Made by a program: the position numbers and the translations under genes. A DNA stretch of 64,000 bases from contig OZ024743.1 in the NCBI GenBank assembly GCA_964016885.1, positions 305,412,001-305,476,000 of the forward strand. The letters are read 5' to 3'. Source of the DNA: Eledone cirrhosa (Eukaryota). Below, piece by piece: positions 60,062-64,000 of this stretch. The notes under the pieces are model-generated. The model was not told where the DNA came from, ran no database searches, and saw nothing but the letters and a program-made list of their open reading frames with translations. Numbering within the stretch: the first letter of the stretch is position 1; the number at the start of each line of letters is the position of its first letter.

Positions 60062-60121
60062 GCCATCCAGATATCATGTGGACACCGCGAACCAAAAATG
60101 GTCACATGATATCTGGATGGC
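60062..60121. repeat. Perfect 19-bp inverted repeat (hairpin)
   Basis: gccatccagatatcatgtg (60062-60080) / cacatgatatctggatggc (60103-60121). Confidence 0.85.
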
Positions 60122-60563
60122 TCCTAAGCATCCCCTCCACATGGCGGGGACATGGGTCATCATCGTGGAGCAGTCACCTATTTTTAAAATATTAGACTAT
60201 GATAAATGAATTTAGTTAAAAATACAATTTGAAATATATTAGATTACCTCCCCTTGTAATTACCTCCCCTAGCGTCACGCTTACTACTCACTCACTTGAA
60301 CATAAGATTTATCAGCAAACTTTGATTATAAACTTTTTCACGCTGCACCAAATTTCTAGATTTTTAAGCCAAAAGATGCGTAATGATCTACTGTTCATGC
60401 TCATATAAGTTTTATCTCAGTTACATAAAGTAGAGCCGCGCTGTACTGTCGTAAACAGACGATTGCCAACGAAAACACGACCACAACAATATTACTAAAC
60501 GGACTACCGTCCGTTTAAGATATATATATGCACTGTGTCATTTGCTCTGTTATTTCTGTTTGC

Positions 60564-60620
<57 letters not shown>

Positions 60621-60623
<3 letters not shown>

Positions 60624-63137
60624 GATGCATAAGGTATTTGAGGGCAGATTTATGTTTATAGAAAAAACAGATATATAATAGCAAATAATAACTAAATTAT
60701 TGAAAAATGCTATCAGCATAAATATAAATCATCTTCAATAACTACTTCAATAACTGCTTCTATGCAAGATGAAAATTGTTTATATGCTCAAATGAAAGGG
60801 TTCTGGTTAATATTGGACATTACTCTCATTATGGCAGCTTTCATGAATCTTTGGCATTTTGAGGGTGTTCATTAACCTCTCAGTCAACAACATGTCATAT
60901 GTAGTAGTCCAATGGATTGATATTTGGGGAGCTAGGAGGGCAAATGTTAGATGTTATATGATCATGCAATTTTTCGGCCATCCATTACTGCATTACTTGA
61001 GCCTTGTTTGATGGTGCAGTGTTTTGCTGAAGCACATAAGACCTTCCATTACATACGAGGGGGCTTCAAATGTTTGTGGAAAAAGTACATGTCTACAAGG
61101 ATTTTGATCTCACTGCACATGTACGTTCTTGTACTAACATGTAATAACATGTTCTAACATGAATATCTAAATGCATGTTGCAATACAGCACCACCTGTCG
61201 GAAATCAGCACCCGCTCGAGCAACACAGCCTCCATCAAAATTGAGGCCAGGACAAACATCATATTCATGGTGAAGTTAAGGTGGAAGAGCAACCAAATCA
61301 TTGACGCTCTAGAGGAAGTTTACTGGGACAATGCCCCAAATAAATCAACAACCAACAAATATATAAGTTGTTTTAGAAGTGGAAGAGTTGAGGTTGAAAT
61401 AATCCCCACTGTGGCAGGCCATCCATGTCAGTCTGTGTGGAAAACATTGATGCTTTTCGCAACCTAATTGCAAAGGATAGACGAATAACCACTGAATCAT
61501 TAGCTGACACACTCAACATCTCCATGGGTTCTGTACACACAATTCTGGTAACACATTTGGGGCTGAGAAAGCTTTTGGCTCAATGGGTCCCAAAGCTGTT
61601 GCGCCCAGATCAGTAGCAAACGAGGGCAGATATTTCGATAGAAATTCTGAACAAGTAGGATGAAGACCTCAAAGCTTTTCTGCAGAGAATTGTAACTGGG
61701 ATGAAACGTGTCTCTACCAGTATGATCCTGAGTATAAAACTCAATCAAAGCAGTGGCTGCATAGGGGCAAAAGTGAACCAGTCAAGACAGAATGGGAGCG
61801 TTCAAGAGGGAAGGTCATGGCCACTGTCATCTGGAATGCAATGGGGATTTTGCTGGTTTTCTTCCACGAGAACAAGAGAAGAATTACTGCTGCATATTAT
61901 AAAGGTGTTTTGAGATGACTGGCCAAGAAAACTGAGAAAAAAACACCTGGGGAAGCTGCATCGGTATGTCCTCATTCCACCACGACAATGTACCCACACA
62001 TGGTGCCGGACATGAACTCTGTTATGCAAATTTCAGTGGGAAATCATCTGAGATCCTCCTTACCTTTCTGGTCAAGCTCTATCTGACTTTCTTTCATTTC
62101 CAAGCCTGAAAAAAGTCATTGAAAGGTACCCATTTTCCATCAGTTGAAGATGTAAAAAAAGCTGCTTTGACATGGTTTAAATCGCATTGCCATCAGTTTT
62201 ACACAGATAGACTTAAAGGTTGGTATCAATGCTTGCAGAAGTGTATTGACTTAGATGGAGCATATGATGAAAAATCGTTTTTTCCAGTTGTCCTTTTTCT
62301 CCAAACTTTTTGAAGCACCCTCGTACACTGTCTATCCACGGCTTAACAACTGTTTCCAAGACCTCAATGTAAACAGCAGAATTAACTCTAATGACCTGTA
62401 GAAAGAATTGAGGAGGCATCACGTGTCCTTTATTGCTGACAATCCCCACCCCCAAAGAAACCATGACAGTTTCAGGAAAATTTGTGTGCATAACTGTGAT
62501 GGAACTCCAGAAGGGTCTGTACATAACCATCTGCAATTTCTTTTGTTAAATTTCTGATGTTGGTCAAAGTTTTTCTCGTCTGAGAAAAACCAAATCACAT
62601 CATTTTCTGCTGGATTTTTAAGTTTGTTTAAGATCCTTTTAGATCTGATTAAGCAATTTTCTTTTGTTTTTTTCTGACATAAATTGACCTTTCCTCATTA
62701 CATAAGACTTATATCTGATGTCATGGACAACATTTCTAATTGTTACTTCTGACACATGGAAATCTTTTGCAAGTGACCTCATGGATTTTTGGGGATTGTC
62801 ATCAATGGTCTACTGAACATGCTGGATAAATTCAGGTATTCTGATGATGTCAGGGCATTAGGAATGCTTTTTAAGCACTGATACTGCTGATATGTTTCCA
62901 TTTTCACTCTCAACCTCCCTATGGACTTTGAAGACGACAGATCTGACAACTTTAAAAAAATCGATATGTCTCTAAATCACTATGCTAAGCTTTAAAGCCA
63001 CAATTACAGTGTGCCTTTTCATTTCTTGAGTAAGCTGAGTGTCTGCCATTATTGTTTTCTGAAAAAAAGATATAAAGTTTAATAAAATACAGCAAAAACC
63101 GAAAAAATATATGTCCTCAAATACCTTATGTACCCTG
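60621..63137 (-). mobile_element. Tc1/mariner-superfamily DD37D (maT-like) transposon, decayed, split by a nested mariner
   Basis: TIRs catgatgcataaggtatttgaggg / cctcaaataccttatgtaccctg. The transposase ..YIEVLETVVKPWIDSV| resumes at GRSYVLQQ(N)-37 aa-D within PPSSPNINPLDYY. Confidence 0.85.
61056..62323 (+). mobile_element. Full-length decayed mariner with TA TSD
   Basis: ta|cgagggggcttcaaatgtttgtgga ... tccaaactttttgaagcaccctcg|ta; motifs WVPKLL, IVTGDET..YQYDP, HHDN. Confidence 0.92.
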
Positions 63138-63171
63138 TATATACATATATACATATATATACATATATAAA

Positions 63172-64000
63172 CATCATCATCATCACCGTTTAACATCCAT
63201 TTTCAATGCTAGAATGGGTTAGACAGATCATCCCATTTTAAGGTAAGTTGGGTCAGGTACCCATGTTTTACTCATATAGGACTGTTTCTTGCTAGGTTTC
63301 TATGACTGGATGCCCTTCCTAATGCCAACCATATTTACAGTGTATGCTGTGTGCTTTTTGCCTTGACTTCTACACAACTACTATATAGTGTGGATTGGAT
63401 ACTTTTTGGCGTGACACCTACACGACCACTTTACAGTGTGGGCTGGGTGCTTTATGTTGTGACATCTACATCACCACTTTACAGTGTGGGCTGGATATAT
63501 TTTGTTCACAGAGGAAGGGTGATGTGGACAGGAGTGGGAGGGTGAGGGTATAGTGGTTAAGAGGTGCCTACTAAGTGGATGTTTGAGTCTGTGTGCATGG
63601 GATGGTGTGACTTCTCTATTACTGCATAATATAAAAGATCTCAATTCTGTGTCATTATTGTCTTTGAGAGGTTCAGTTGCACAAGGACAGCTTTTATCTC
63701 CTCGTCCAGGTCTTCCTGTGTCTTCCTACTCCAAGGTTTCCTTCAATTTTGATTGGCTTGCACCATTTTATACAGCTGTCATCCTTCATAAGCATCACAT
63801 GAGCATACAAATGAAATCTCCTCTCTATCTCTTGCATACTGCATATGATCCCACTTATACATAATTTCTCTCTCAGTTCATTTATGCTTTGCCATAATTA
63901 CACATCTATTGGAGCCTGCACGCTTCATTTGTTTCCAATCTTCACAGGTTGTCTGCATAGTGCCCATGTCTCACTACCATGTAACATTGCTGTTTATATA
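63172..64000 (-). mobile_element. RTE LINE 3' end with about 4 copies of the 48-bp unit in its 3' UTR
   Basis: (CAT)n tail, ggatgcccttcctaa motif, repeated ccactttacagtgtgggctgg units at 63325-63500, and a decayed RT C-terminus. Confidence 0.75.

Overview
Eukaryotic, AT-rich, microsatellite-dense animal DNA. The repeat content suggests a mollusc, probably an octopus-like cephalopod (inference). The window is mostly intronic sequence of one + strand gene. I traced 15 GT-AG exons between 10549 and 56214 (2170 nt, phases compatible, no stops). They encode LDLa-MAM-LDLa-MAM-LDLa-SRCR-LDLa-LDLa-SRCR-trypsin N-terminus, an enteropeptidase/TTSP-like mosaic serine protease with a non-canonical QPN|IQGG activation site. 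The gene's start and the rest of the protease domain were not found here. The introns and upstream region hold two Penelope-like elements with hammerhead ribozyme motifs (one a U3-A8 core variant), several RTE LINEs (one near-intact), R4/Dong fragments, a decayed Helitron, an internally deleted Gypsy LTR element with its TSD, a mariner nested in a DD37D (maT) element, SINEs and two fold-back elements. A 4-kb 48-bp satellite can be traced to a unit in RTE UTRs. A partial copy of one host exon has been pasted into a LINE about 19 kb downstream. Most entries in the ORF track are microsatellite or antisense artefacts. Exon boundaries were read base by base; repeat boundaries are approximate unless TIR/TSD bases are quoted.
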